Made by a program: the position numbers and the translations under genes. A stretch of 44,109 bases of DNA, taken from assembly GCA_002352385.1 (NCBI GenBank), contig DEII01000176.1, positions 28,677-72,785 on the forward strand, written 5' to 3'. The notes under the pieces are model-generated. The model saw nothing but the letters and a program-made list of their open reading frames with translations. It did no database searches and was not told where the DNA came from. Below are positions 16,489-26,269 of the stretch, one piece after another (positions within the stretch are counted from its first letter, which is position 1; every line of letters begins with the position of its first letter). This DNA is from Methylococcaceae bacterium UBA2778. Its GTDB lineage: Bacteria > Pseudomonadota > Gammaproteobacteria > Methylococcales > UBA2778.

Positions 16489-18968
16489 AAATTATATCAT
16501 TGGCATTGCGTCTGCTGATGCGCGACTGGCGCTCAGGAGAGTTGTCGATTCTCGCGCTTGCGCTGCTGATCGCTGTGGCCAGCACTGCGACGATCAGCCT
16601 GTTCGGCGACCGGTTGCATCGAACGATGACGCTTCAGGCGGCTGAATTCCTGGCCGGTGATCTGGTTGTGACCAGCCATTCCGTTTTACCTGAAACGTGG
16701 GTGAAGAAGGCCGACCAGCTTGGATTGCGGCATGCCCGGACAGCGGGGTTCGGGGGTGTGATATTCAATCGGGATGAAATGCTGCTCGCGGGAATCAAAG
16801 CGGTCAGCAGCGGTTATCCTTTGCGTGGTTATTTGAAAACCACTACGACCGATGAGACGGAAGAGGTCAAGACGAATGACATTCCGGAGCGGGATACCGT
16901 TTGGGTGGATAAACGCCTGCTCTCCTCACTCGACTTGTCGGTAGGCGATGAAATCGAAGTTGGGGAAAAATGGTTCAGGATCACCCGCGTTCTGACGTTC
17001 GAACCGGATCGCAAAGGGAATTTCTATAGTCTGTCGCCGCGAGTGATGTTGAACGACATGGATCTGGCCGCCACCGGAATGATTCAGCCGGGCAGCCACG
17101 TGCACTATTATTTCCTGTTCGCCGGCAATGAGTTGGCGCTGGCTCGATTCAAAAAGTGGCTGAAACCGCAGCTCAATCCAAGCCAGCGGATCATGGACGT
17201 TCATGAGGACCGGCCGGAGCTCGGCACGGCCTTGTCGCGCGCGGAGCGCTATCTGGGCCTGACCAGCATCATTGTGATCGTGATCGCCGGCGTGGCGATC
17301 GCCATGGCGACGCGGCGCTACAGCGAACGCCATTATGACATGACGGCCATGCTGCGCTGCCTTGGAGCCGGCCAGACCGATATTCTATGGTTGTACTGTT
17401 TGCAATTGGCGATGGTCGGCCTTTGTGCCAGCCTGGTCGGCTGTCTCATCGGCTGGTTTGCCCAGGAAGGTCTGATCCATCTGCTCGAAGATTTGCTGCC
17501 GCATCGGTTGGCGCGGCCCGGCTGGGGTGCTGTGTGGCTGAGTCTGTCGACCGGTCTTGTTACCCTGATCGGTTTTGCTTTGCCGCCTGTGCTGCGGCAG
17601 AAACAGGTTTCGCCGCTGCGCGTGCTGCGCCGGGATCTGAAGCCTTTGCCGCCCAGCTCGTGGCTCGTTTATGGACTGGCTTTCAGCGTGATCACAGCGA
17701 TGCTGTGGCGCTATACCAATGACGTTGAATTGATGGGATATATCATCGGCGGTGGGTTGACGGCGATGGTGCTGCTGTACGTTCTCACCCTGCAGCTGCT
17801 CAAACAGAGCCGTCGGCTGTTGCCGGTGCTGAGCCTTTCCTGGCGGTTCGGCCTGCAGAACCTGAGCCGGCAGTCGAAATCCAGTACCGCTCAGATTTTG
17901 GCGTTCGGCATCACGATGACAGCGATGATCGTGATTATCCTGGTGCGGGGTGATCTCATCGAGACCTGGCAGGCACAGTTGCCCGAACGGGCCCCCAATC
18001 ACTTTGCGTTGAATATTTTTCAGGATGAGTGGCAGGCGTTTGCCAAGCAGCTGCAGAACGAGCAGCTCAAGGCCAGCGCTTTTTATCCGATCGTCAGGGG
18101 GCGCTTGGTGGCAGTGAACGGTGCCGATGTTCACACGGTTGTGAAGGAGGACTCCCAGGGTGGGCGGGCGATCAGCCGGGATCTGAGTCTGACTTTCGCC
18201 GAGACGGTGCCGGTGGAGAACAAAATTGTCCAGGGTCACTGGTGGCAGGATCAAAAGCCCGGTCAGGTGTCGGTCGAGGCAACGCTGGCGAAAAGCCTGC
18301 ACATCGCGCTCGGTGACCGATTGACGTTTTCCGTGGGCAGCCAACGCTTCGATGCGGCAGTGGTCAGCATCCGCAGCGTGCGCTGGGATACCATGAATCC
18401 AAATTTCTACATGATTTTTTCGGCCGGCACACTGGACGGTTATGCCCGGACCTATCTGACCAGCTTTTATCTGCCGGCTGATGACAAGAGCGCCCTGAAG
18501 CGGTTGCTCAAAACGTTTCCGCATGTAACCATTCTGGAGGTGGAGCTGATTCTGAATCAGTTCAGGACCATCCTGCGGCAAGTCACGCTGGCCGTTGAGT
18601 TTGTTTTGGTGTTCGCGTTGGCGGCGGGCTTGACCGTGCTGTTCGCAGCGGTTTACACCAGTATCGATGAACGTATCTACGAGGCGGTGATGCTGCGGAC
18701 CTTCGGCGCAAGCCGCAAACTGCTGCGCAGCAGTCAATTGATCGAATACATGACCTTGGGCTTGCTTGCCGGGGTGTTGGCTGCCGTTGCCGCCGAAATG
18801 ATTACATGGACACTTTATCGGCAGTTGTTCGATCTCAGCTATCGCTTCAATGGATGGATCTGGCTGATGACGCCACTGGCGGGAATGGTGATTATCGGGT
18901 TGTCAGGGTTCTGGAGCACCCGGCACGTCGTGAATAAAAGCCCGATGACGGTATTGAGAGAGTTGTAA
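16485..18968 (+). CDS. ybbP: FtsX-like ABC permease YbbP
   Basis: RDWRSGEL, LAGDL, KAVS..YPLRG, two FtsX-like repeats, APNHF..NI; ATGA-coupled to ybbA. Confidence 0.9.
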   Translation: MKIISLALRLLMRDWRSGELSILALALLIAVASTATISLFGDRLHRTMTLQAAEFLAGDLVVTSHSVLPETWVKKADQLGLRHARTAGFGGVIFNRDEMLLAGIKAVSSGYPLRGYLKTTTTDETEEVKTNDIPERDTVWVDKRLLSSLDLSVGDEIEVGEKWFRITRVLTFEPDRKGNFYSLSPRVMLNDMDLAATGMIQPGSHVHYYFLFAGNELALARFKKWLKPQLNPSQRIMDVHEDRPELGTALSRAERYLGLTSIIVIVIAGVAIAMATRRYSERHYDMTAMLRCLGAGQTDILWLYCLQLAMVGLCASLVGCLIGWFAQEGLIHLLEDLLPHRLARPGWGAVWLSLSTGLVTLIGFALPPVLRQKQVSPLRVLRRDLKPLPPSSWLVYGLAFSVITAMLWRYTNDVELMGYIIGGGLTAMVLLYVLTLQLLKQSRRLLPVLSLSWRFGLQNLSRQSKSSTAQILAFGITMTAMIVIILVRGDLIETWQAQLPERAPNHFALNIFQDEWQAFAKQLQNEQLKASAFYPIVRGRLVAVNGADVHTVVKEDSQGGRAISRDLSLTFAETVPVENKIVQGHWWQDQKPGQVSVEATLAKSLHIALGDRLTFSVGSQRFDAAVVSIRSVRWDTMNPNFYMIFSAGTLDGYARTYLTSFYLPADDKSALKRLLKTFPHVTILEVELILNQFRTILRQVTLAVEFVLVFALAAGLTVLFAAVYTSIDERIYEAVMLRTFGASRKLLRSSQLIEYMTLGLLAGVLAAVAAEMITWTLYRQLFDLSYRFNGWIWLMTPLAGMVIIGLSGFWSTRHVVNKSPMTVLREL

Positions 18969-18990
18969 TTCAGCAGAGGGTGAGGAAAAT

Positions 18991-19021
18991 GTGTGACGGG
19001 CTGAAATTCATCCCGCCACAC
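18991..19021. terminator. Hairpin between convergent genes (possible bidirectional terminator or REP-like element)
   Basis: GTGTGACGGG-CTGAAATTCAT-CCCGCCACAC imperfect inverted repeat; no U-tract. Confidence 0.4.
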
Positions 19022-19052
19022 CGTGATCAAACATGCTCTGGAAGGGAATCGG

Positions 19053-19484
19053 TCACTTCTTTAGATTGACCTTCGATGTCCAGCCCGACTTGCCCTTGCA
19101 CGGGCCATCGGAGGGTTGCACCTTGACATAATTGATGTAATTGACAAAAGTCTCTTCCTGCAGAACGACCCGTGTGTTGGAATCTACCAAGCAGATGTTC
19201 TGGCTGTCCTCTTCATTGTACTCGGCGGAACTGAATTGCCCGGGTACGGCGACCAGCAGTACCTCGCCGCCGTTTGGATTGACAAGCCGATAGGTCTCTC
19301 CAACCTTTAATGTTGCTTTGACCTGCGGGGCTTGGCTGGTGTCGCCCCCCATCAATAGAAACAAAACAAGGATCATGACAACGGCAAGCCCTCCATAAAA
19401 CACTTTGGGATTGCTTTGTCTCAGATCGCTCACTTTTGTGCCGATATTCTTGAGAGCATTGATTTTTGAATCGTTATCGCCCAT
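19053..19484 (-). CDS. Hypothetical single-TM protein with SH3b-like C-terminal domain
   Basis: GAGGAGG RBS; TM GGLAVVMILVLFLLMGG; YVKVQ...CKGKSGWTSKVNL; two Cys. Confidence 0.75.
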   Translation of the reverse strand: MGDNDSKINALKNIGTKVSDLRQSNPKVFYGGLAVVMILVLFLLMGGDTSQAPQVKATLKVGETYRLVNPNGGEVLLVAVPGQFSSAEYNEEDSQNICLVDSNTRVVLQEETFVNYINYVKVQPSDGPCKGKSGWTSKVNLKK

Positions 19485-19820
19485 TCGATAGCCTCCTCAT
19501 TGTGATTATTGTCAGTTGAACCATCTGATGCACGAGCACGTTACCATGTTCACAGAACAATGCAAGTTCATCATTGCCTCGATATAGCCCTGCTCAGTAT
19601 GAGTCAAACCGGCCCCAAAACGCAATCGGGCGCTAAAATTAAGATGTCTGCCGATACGTATTTTCCGCGGATGGTGGTCAAGAATTTCGGAAGGTTGGTC
19701 CGGAGCCTGACAAAGAGCGATATTAGGATTGACTGAATGATATCCCCAAGTCGCGTGCAAGTGATATATTGATTTTTTAGATTGCGGTATCGATCGTTGC
19801 AGTACCTTGGTGAGGTGAAC

Positions 19821-20528
19821 ATGAACGATAAGACATTATCACGACAAGCCGGCACGGATGACGTGAGCGCTTTTCTTGAAAAGGTGGCTTCAGCGCCGGT
19901 AATCAAACCGGCCGGAGAGCGAGGGCGATTGATTTTCGCTCTGGATGCTACCGCCAGTCGTGAACCGACTTGGGAAAGGGCCTGTCGTATTCAAGGGCAG
20001 ATGTTCGCAGCCGCTTCGGCATCAGGTGGTCTTGAAATACAGCTGTGCTACTATCGGGGCTATGCCGAGTTTGACGCCAGCCCCTGGCTGCGGCAATCGG
20101 ATGACCTTGTGAAGTGGATGACCGCAGTTCACTGCCTGGGTGGCTATACGCAGATTGCAAAGCTGCTCAAACATGCCATCGGTGAGACGCGGATTAAAAA
20201 GGTAGATGCGGTGGTGTTCATTGGTGATTGTATGGAGGAAAATGCCGAGCGTTTGTGCGAACTGGCCGGCCGGCTGGGGATTTTGACCGTTCCGGTGTTT
20301 GTTTTCCAGGAAGGGCATGACCCGGTTGCGGAACAGACTTTTCGTCAGATTGCCCGGCTGACCCGTGGTGCTTTCTGTCATTTTGATGCCAACAGCGCTC
20401 AGGAGTTGTGTGATCTGTTGAGTGCTGTTGCGGTTTATGCGAGCGGTGGACGACGCGCTCTGGAGGATTACGGTCGGCGACATGGGGGCATCGCATTGCA
20501 ACTGACGCATCAAATGGATAGAGGTTAG
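19821..20528 (+). CDS. VWA domain protein
   Basis: MIDAS-like LIFALDATAS, GGYTQI, VVFIGDCMEE, IARLTRG; GAGGTG RBS before ATG 19821. Confidence 0.85.
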   Translation: MNDKTLSRQAGTDDVSAFLEKVASAPVIKPAGERGRLIFALDATASREPTWERACRIQGQMFAAASASGGLEIQLCYYRGYAEFDASPWLRQSDDLVKWMTAVHCLGGYTQIAKLLKHAIGETRIKKVDAVVFIGDCMEENAERLCELAGRLGILTVPVFVFQEGHDPVAEQTFRQIARLTRGAFCHFDANSAQELCDLLSAVAVYASGGRRALEDYGRRHGGIALQLTHQMDRG

Positions 20529-20529
20529 C

Positions 20530-21267
20530 GTGGCGAGGCTGATTCTCCTTGCGGGCATCGTGTTCATGCTGAGTTTGCTGCTGAGAGGATTTCTTCGCGC
20601 CTCTCCCGCTGTGGTTGCGCGAACGATCAAAAGCGGCTTGATCGGATTGGCCGGCATCCTGCTGATCTGGCTGATGGCCAGCGGTCGGCTGAGTTGGTTG
20701 GTGCCGGCGATTGGCGGATTGGTTGCGGTCGTGGTTCGAATGCTTCCCCTCATCGCACGCTTGGCGCCGGCGCTGCATCGGCTCTGGACTCTGAAACGTT
20801 CCTCGATGGGTGGTCCCGCACAAGCCAATTGCTCGGTTGTGGAAGCGCGATTCGTCCGCATGCGGCTTGATCACGATTCCGGTGAGATGAGTGGTGAAGT
20901 GTTGGAAGGCGTGTTCGCCGGGCGGCAGATCAATGATCTGACGATGGCTGAAGTGGTTCAGTTGTTGCAAATGTGTCTGCAGCAGGATGAGGATTCGGCG
21001 GCTTTGGTTAAAGCGTATCTCGATCGGATATACGGAGAAGATTGGCAGGCGGCCGCTACGGGAGGCAGCGGTCATGAAGCATCAGGCAGCGATGCAATGG
21101 TGATCGAGGAGGCGTGTCAGGTATTGGGGGTGGCGCCCGATGCTTCGAAACAGGAGATCATCGAGGCTCATCGGCGTTTGATCCAGAGGATGCATCCTGA
21201 CCGCGGCGGAACGGACTATCTTGCCGCCAAAATCAATCAGGCAAAAGAGTTGTTGCTTAGCCGATGA
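20530..21267 (+). CDS. Membrane-anchored protein with C-terminal Pam18/Tim14-type J domain
   Basis: N-terminal hydrophobic helices; EACQVLGV...IIEAHRRLIQRMHPDRGGTDYLAAKINQAKELL. Confidence 0.85.
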   Translation: MARLILLAGIVFMLSLLLRGFLRASPAVVARTIKSGLIGLAGILLIWLMASGRLSWLVPAIGGLVAVVVRMLPLIARLAPALHRLWTLKRSSMGGPAQANCSVVEARFVRMRLDHDSGEMSGEVLEGVFAGRQINDLTMAEVVQLLQMCLQQDEDSAALVKAYLDRIYGEDWQAAATGGSGHEASGSDAMVIEEACQVLGVAPDASKQEIIEAHRRLIQRMHPDRGGTDYLAAKINQAKELLLSR

Positions 21268-21282
21268 GGTTCTGAGTTCACC

Positions 21283-22107
21283 ATGTCCGGTTGCCGCCTC
21301 TTTCCCGGGAAGTTCACGTGGGCTGTCTGTGCTTTGATCGTGCTGTCGCTGTTGGCTGCGTGCGCCGGAGATTCGAAACCGCCGCCCGGATCCCCTGTGG
21401 AGCCATCGAAAGTCAATATTGAACCCCGTTTTTATGTCGTCAAAAAGGGCGACACGCTCTCCGGCATCGGCTTGCAGACAGGGCATCATTACCGTCAATT
21501 GGCGGTCTGGAACCATATCGTACCGCCTTATACGATCTATCCCGGGCAGAAAATTCGACTGTTCGGGTCCGATGCGTCATCCCAATCGAGATCGAGCAGG
21601 AAAACCAAAAACAAGACTTCGACAAGGAGAGAAGGATCGACGCGAAAAAAAACGGTTTCAAGAAAAAAAGGACCGACCGTTTCAACCAACAAGAACAAAC
21701 GATCTCCGCCATCTGCTGAAGAAAAGGCAAAAAAAAACCTAAAGATTGTTTGGATGTGGCCGATTAAGGGAGTAATCGTGAGAAATTATTCCCTAACCGG
21801 CAGCAAGGGCATCGATATTTCCGGCAAACTGGGACAGCCGGTTCGGGCCGCAGCAGCAGGGAAGGTGGTTTATAGCGGGCAGGGACTCGCCGGCTATGGA
21901 AATCTTGTGATTGTCAAACACAGCGAGAAATTTCTGAGTGCTTACGCGAACAACAGACGATTGCTTGTGAAAGAAGGCGACCACGTCCGCAAAGGGCAAA
22001 CGATTGCTGAAGTGGGGGCTGTAGCGGGAAAAAAGCCATCACTGTACTTTGAGATCAGAAAATTTGGAAAGCCGATGAATCCGATGTCTTACTTGCCGAA
22101 CCGTTAG
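21283..22107 (+). CDS. nlpD: Lipoprotein NlpD (LysM + degenerate M23)
   Basis: Lipobox LAAC; LysM YVVKKGDTL..I; M23 WMWP.KG, KGIDI.G, GYGNLVIVKH, FEIR; immediately upstream of rpoS. Confidence 0.88.
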   Translation: MSGCRLFPGKFTWAVCALIVLSLLAACAGDSKPPPGSPVEPSKVNIEPRFYVVKKGDTLSGIGLQTGHHYRQLAVWNHIVPPYTIYPGQKIRLFGSDASSQSRSSRKTKNKTSTRREGSTRKKTVSRKKGPTVSTNKNKRSPPSAEEKAKKNLKIVWMWPIKGVIVRNYSLTGSKGIDISGKLGQPVRAAAAGKVVYSGQGLAGYGNLVIVKHSEKFLSAYANNRRLLVKEGDHVRKGQTIAEVGAVAGKKPSLYFEIRKFGKPMNPMSYLPNR

Positions 22108-22159
22108 GCGGGCAATGTGTGGATTTTACGGCATAACATAAACGTGGCGGAGTGTTGGG

Positions 22160-23146
22160 ATGATAGAAAATACGATTGAGCAACCGAAGTCGATGGTTGG
22201 GGATGTGGCGTTCACCGAGGCGTGGTCATCTGTTCTTGCTGGAAATCCGGAAATTACGGCTAATGATGTTGAGCAACTGAATGATGATGAAACAGATCAA
22301 CTACAGCGGGATTCCTACTTCGATGCGACGCGAATTTATCTCAACGAACTCAGTGCATCGGAGCTGCTTAGCGGCGAAGAGGAGAAGTATTATGGCCGGC
22401 TTGTACTGCAGGGCGATGAGCGCGCACGGCGAAAAATGATCGAAAGTAACCTTCGGTTGGTCGTCAAGATATCGAAACGTTATCTCAATCGGGGACTCCC
22501 GTTGCTGGATTTGATAGAAGAAGGCAACTTGGGGTTGATTCGGGCGGTGGAAAAGTTTGACCCGGACCGTGGCTTTCGTTTTTCAACCTATGCGACATGG
22601 TGGATTCGGCAAACCATTGAGCGGGCCATTATGAACCAAACGCGTACAATTCGATTGCCAATCCATATTGTCAAAGAGATGAATGTTTATCTCAAGACGC
22701 AGCGTAAGTTGGCTCAACGGTTCGAGTATGATCCCAGTGCCGAAGATGTTGCCAAGCACTTGAATAAACCCGTCGAAGTGGTTGAAAAAATATTGAAACT
22801 TAACGAACGAGTGACCTCGGTCGATGTACCCTTTGGCAAGGATTCAGACAAACCGCTTGTGGACGCGATTTCTGATGAGGCAGCCTCGGAGCCGTCGGAG
22901 ATTTTGCAGCGCAACGGTCTGAAGGAAAATCTGAATGATTGGCTTGATCAACTGAATGAAAAGCAGAGGGAAGTGATTTGCCGGCGCTATGGGTTACGGG
23001 GCTTTGATCACTCGACCCTTGAAAGAGTTGCCAAGGAGTTGGGTGTCACGCGCGAGCGTGTTCGTCAGATTCAAATGGATGCCCAGAAACGGCTGCGCGA
23101 AATAATGGAACAGGGTGGCGTTTCGGCTGAGGCGATTTTTCATTAG
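22160..23146 (+). CDS. rpoS: RNA polymerase sigma factor RpoS
   Basis: [62 protein letters not shown]. Confidence 0.95.
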   Translation: MIENTIEQPKSMVGDVAFTEAWSSVLAGNPEITANDVEQLNDDETDQLQRDSYFDATRIYLNELSASELLSGEEEKYYGRLVLQGDERARRKMIESNLRLVVKISKRYLNRGLPLLDLIEEGNLGLIRAVEKFDPDRGFRFSTYATWWIRQTIERAIMNQTRTIRLPIHIVKEMNVYLKTQRKLAQRFEYDPSAEDVAKHLNKPVEVVEKILKLNERVTSVDVPFGKDSDKPLVDAISDEAASEPSEILQRNGLKENLNDWLDQLNEKQREVICRRYGLRGFDHSTLERVAKELGVTRERVRQIQMDAQKRLREIMEQGGVSAEAIFH

Positions 23147-23168
23147 TACGCGGCAGGTGGTTGTCCAG

Positions 23169-23318
23169 GACGGCGTCCGAGAATAGACTGACCTACTGCG
23201 GCCGAGCCTGATTGGCCAGATTTCCCGATCATATTGATGAAATACAAGGATGGTTTCCATCAATAATCTGACTCAATCAGTCTTGTCCTCGCTACGATCG
23301 CTATTCTCGGACAGCCTC
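23169..23318. mobile_element. 150-bp MITE-like element (full-length copy)
   Basis: Degenerate left TIR GACGGCGTCCGAGAATAG, right TIR CTATTCTCGGACAGCCTC; flanks CCAG/CCAA; internal nested inverted repeats; near-identical partial copy at 44063-44109. Confidence 0.8.
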
Positions 23319-23470
23319 CCAAGGTTTTTCGGAAAGTTTTTTTTGGGGTGGAGTGAGTGTGAATTTGAGTTAGCAGCAGTCGGTTACGATTAGTGCGTTC
23401 TCCCCCCAGCCGGGGGGCTGGACCGCGTGCAGTCATAGCAACCGCCCGCCCATGACACAGAATGTGTGCG

Positions 23471-23500
23471 AAGCCCATCGAGAGTGATGGGCTTTTTTTT
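23471..23500 (+). terminator. Rho-independent terminator
   Basis: AAGCCCATC-gagagt-GATGGGCTT stem followed by a T-run. Confidence 0.8.
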
Positions 23501-23558
23501 GCCCGATTGATCGGAATTATGCATTGACAGTTTTTGGTCACGACAGTACTGTTACTAG

Positions 23559-23623
23559 GAGGCTGTCCGAGAATAGCGATCGCAGCGAGGGCGCAGTAGA
23601 TCAATCTATTCTCGGACAGCCTC
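23559..23623. mobile_element. 65-bp internally deleted MITE copy, inverted relative to 23169-23318
   Basis: Perfect 18-bp TIRs GAGGCTGTCCGAGAATAG / CTATTCTCGGACAGCCTC; flanks CTAG/CTAA. Confidence 0.85.
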
Positions 23624-23717
23624 CTAAGTTTATCCCGCTTGGGTGATCCGGTTGGCGCCGGGATTGTTAAGGGGCCTCGTTTTTTTGGGGCCGGCATTTC
23701 ATTTTAAAGAGTGATGA

Positions 23718-24908
23718 ATGGAAGAAGATTTTCCGCGAATTAAACGTTTGCCGCCCTATGTATTCAATATCGTCAATGAGTTGAAGGCGAACGCACGCGC
23801 ACAGGGTGAAGACATTATCGATTTCGGGATGGGCAATCCGGACCAGCCGACGCCGGAACATATCGTGCAAAAACTGGTTGAAGTGGCGGGGCGACAGCGA
23901 AGCACGCATCGATATTCCGTGTCCAAAGGGATTCCCCGCCTGCGCAGAGCCATTTGTTCCTGGTATCGCCGCCGCTACAATGTCGAATTGGACCCCGAAT
24001 CACAGGCGATCGTCACGATCGGTTCCAAAGAAGGGCTTGCGCATCTGGCGTTGGCCACGGTCGGGCCTGGTGATGCGGTATTGGTTCCCAATCCAGCCTA
24101 TCCGATCCATCCCTACGGTATGGTGATCGCCGGGGCGGATATCCGGCATGTGCCCCTCGTGCCTGGCCTTGATTTTTTTGTCGAGTTGGAAAATGCGATC
24201 AAAATGTCATGGCCTCCGCCGAAAATGCTGGTTCTGAATTTCCCGGCCAATCCGACGACGCAATGCGTTGACCTCGAGTTTTTTGAAAAAGTGATTGCTA
24301 TGGCCCGGGAACATAAAATCTGGGTCGTACACGATATCGCTTATGCGGACATCGTGTTCGACGGTTACCGGGCGCCTTCGATGCTTCAGGTGCCCGGTGC
24401 GTGTGACATAGCGGTGGAATTCTTTTCCTTGTCCAAGAGCTACAATATGCCGGGTTGGCGGGTAGGTTTCATGTGTGGCAACCGAGTGCTGGTGGAGGCA
24501 TTGGCTCGTATCAAGTCCTACCTTGATTACGGTACGTTTACCCCCATTCAGGTCGCGGCGATCACCGCTCTGGAAGGGCCGCAAGCGTGCGTGGCGGAGA
24601 TTTGCGAAACTTACCGCAAGCGCAGAGATGTGCTGTGCGATGGATTGAATGCCTGCGGTTGGGCGGTGGAAAAGCCGAAAGCGACCATGTTTGTGTGGGC
24701 GCCTATTCCGGATGGTTATCGAGAGATGGGCTCTCTCGAGTTTGCCAAGAAGCTTTTGTTGGATGCCAAAGTGGCCGTTTCGCCGGGTATCGGCTTTGGT
24801 CAGTACGGTGACGATCACGTTCGGTTCAGCCTGATCGAAAACGAACATCGTACCCGCCAGGCCGTGCGGGGCATTCGCAATATGCTGCGCCGGGACAAGG
24901 CGGTATAA
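23718..24908 (+). CDS. alaC: Alanine transaminase (class I/II PLP aminotransferase)
   Basis: [50 protein letters not shown]. Confidence 0.9.
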   Translation: MEEDFPRIKRLPPYVFNIVNELKANARAQGEDIIDFGMGNPDQPTPEHIVQKLVEVAGRQRSTHRYSVSKGIPRLRRAICSWYRRRYNVELDPESQAIVTIGSKEGLAHLALATVGPGDAVLVPNPAYPIHPYGMVIAGADIRHVPLVPGLDFFVELENAIKMSWPPPKMLVLNFPANPTTQCVDLEFFEKVIAMAREHKIWVVHDIAYADIVFDGYRAPSMLQVPGACDIAVEFFSLSKSYNMPGWRVGFMCGNRVLVEALARIKSYLDYGTFTPIQVAAITALEGPQACVAEICETYRKRRDVLCDGLNACGWAVEKPKATMFVWAPIPDGYREMGSLEFAKKLLLDAKVAVSPGIGFGQYGDDHVRFSLIENEHRTRQAVRGIRNMLRRDKAV

Positions 24909-24938
24909 TCCCTCCCGTTTTTTGCTTTAGGAGCATTC

Positions 24939-26249
24939 ATGAACCCAGTACGAGTTGGTGTGATCGGTTTAGGGACCGTCGGCGGCGGCACGGTCAACGT
25001 TTTGCGGCGCAACGCCGGTGAAATCGCTCGGCGGGCGGGCCGTTCGATCGTAATTACCAAAGCGTCGGCGCGCGATTTTCGCCGGGACAGAATATGTGAT
25101 ACCAAGGATATTGAACTGACGACCGATCCTTTCGCCATTGTTTCGGACCCGGATATCGATATCGTTGTTGAGCTGATTGGCGGCGAATCGCCTGCCGAAG
25201 AGCTGGTGGTCCAGGCGATCAAGCAGGGGAAGCACGTTGTTACTGCAAACAAGGCGTTGATTGCATTGCATGGGAATGAGATTTTTTCACTCGCCAGCAG
25301 GCAGGGAGTCATGGTGGCTTTTGAAGCGGCCGTGGCTGGAGGCATTCCGATCATCAAGGCGATACGCGAAGGCCTGAGCGGCAACCATCTCGAGTGGCTG
25401 GCAGGCATCATCAACGGAACCGGCAATTTTATCCTGACCGAAATGCGCGAAAAGGGTAGGGATTTTGCCGAGGTCCTGAGCGAAGCGCAGGACCTTGGGT
25501 ATGCCGAGGTGGATCCGACGTTCGATGTGGAAGGCATCGATGCGGCTCATAAGCTGACGATCCTGGCATCCATTGCCTTTGGCATTCCGCTTCAATTTGA
25601 CAAGGTTTACAAAGAAGGCATCAGCCGCATCACGCGCAGTGACGTTGCTTACGCGGAAGAGCTCGGGTATCGGATCAAACACTTAGGCGTCGCGCGGCGA
25701 ACCTCCAAAGGCATCGAGTTGCGGGTGCATCCTACGTTGATTCCCGAACGCCGTCTGATAGCCAACGTGAATGGTGTGATGAATGCAATCGTGGTGAAAG
25801 GCGACGCGGTCGGCCCCACCCTTTATTATGGCGCGGGGGCAGGAGCCGAACCGACCGCGTCGGCGGTCGTGGCTGATATCATCGATGTGGCGCGTACACT
25901 GACCAGCGATCCGGAAAACCGGGTGCCGCATCTGGCATTTCAGGCCGATGCGCTGTCCGATATTCCGGTGTTGCCCATGGACGAGGTCGAGACATCCTAT
26001 TATTTGCGGTTGAGCGCGGAAGATCGACCTGGCGTGTTGGCCGATATCGCACGCATTCTCGCCAATCATAATATCAGCATTGAAGCGCTGATTCAGAAAG
26101 AGCCTTTGGAGGGTGAAAGTCATTTGCCGGTGATCATGCTGACGCACCGGGTTTTCGAGCGGGAAATGAATAACGCGGTGACGGAAATGGAGAAGCTCCC
26201 GACCGTGAACGGGTTGATCAAGCGAATTCGTATGGAAGCCCTGCGATAA
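24939..26249 (+). CDS. hom: Homoserine dehydrogenase with C-terminal ACT domain
   Basis: [52 protein letters not shown]. Confidence 0.96.
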   Translation: MNPVRVGVIGLGTVGGGTVNVLRRNAGEIARRAGRSIVITKASARDFRRDRICDTKDIELTTDPFAIVSDPDIDIVVELIGGESPAEELVVQAIKQGKHVVTANKALIALHGNEIFSLASRQGVMVAFEAAVAGGIPIIKAIREGLSGNHLEWLAGIINGTGNFILTEMREKGRDFAEVLSEAQDLGYAEVDPTFDVEGIDAAHKLTILASIAFGIPLQFDKVYKEGISRITRSDVAYAEELGYRIKHLGVARRTSKGIELRVHPTLIPERRLIANVNGVMNAIVVKGDAVGPTLYYGAGAGAEPTASAVVADIIDVARTLTSDPENRVPHLAFQADALSDIPVLPMDEVETSYYLRLSAEDRPGVLADIARILANHNISIEALIQKEPLEGESHLPVIMLTHRVFEREMNNAVTEMEKLPTVNGLIKRIRMEALR

Positions 26250-26269
26250 ACAAAGGGGGAAAGAACACT

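Noticed and set aside
17385-18737. 450-aa minus-strand ORF, and similar ones at 1961-3061, 8399-9553, 11199-12347 and 37939-39099
   Set aside because: All are antisense to well-supported genes and lack motifs
23169-23623. Repeats as a possible CRISPR array
   Set aside because: Copies are inverted and irregularly spaced, with no unique equal-length spacers and no cas genes
23628-23640. GTTTATCCCGCTT also at 39428-39440, resembling the start of a type I-E CRISPR repeat
   Set aside because: Only two isolated 13-mers; compatible with chance and no array structure
23260-23697. 145-aa minus-strand ORF between rpoS and alaC
   Set aside because: Runs through MITE copies and a terminator; probably spurious
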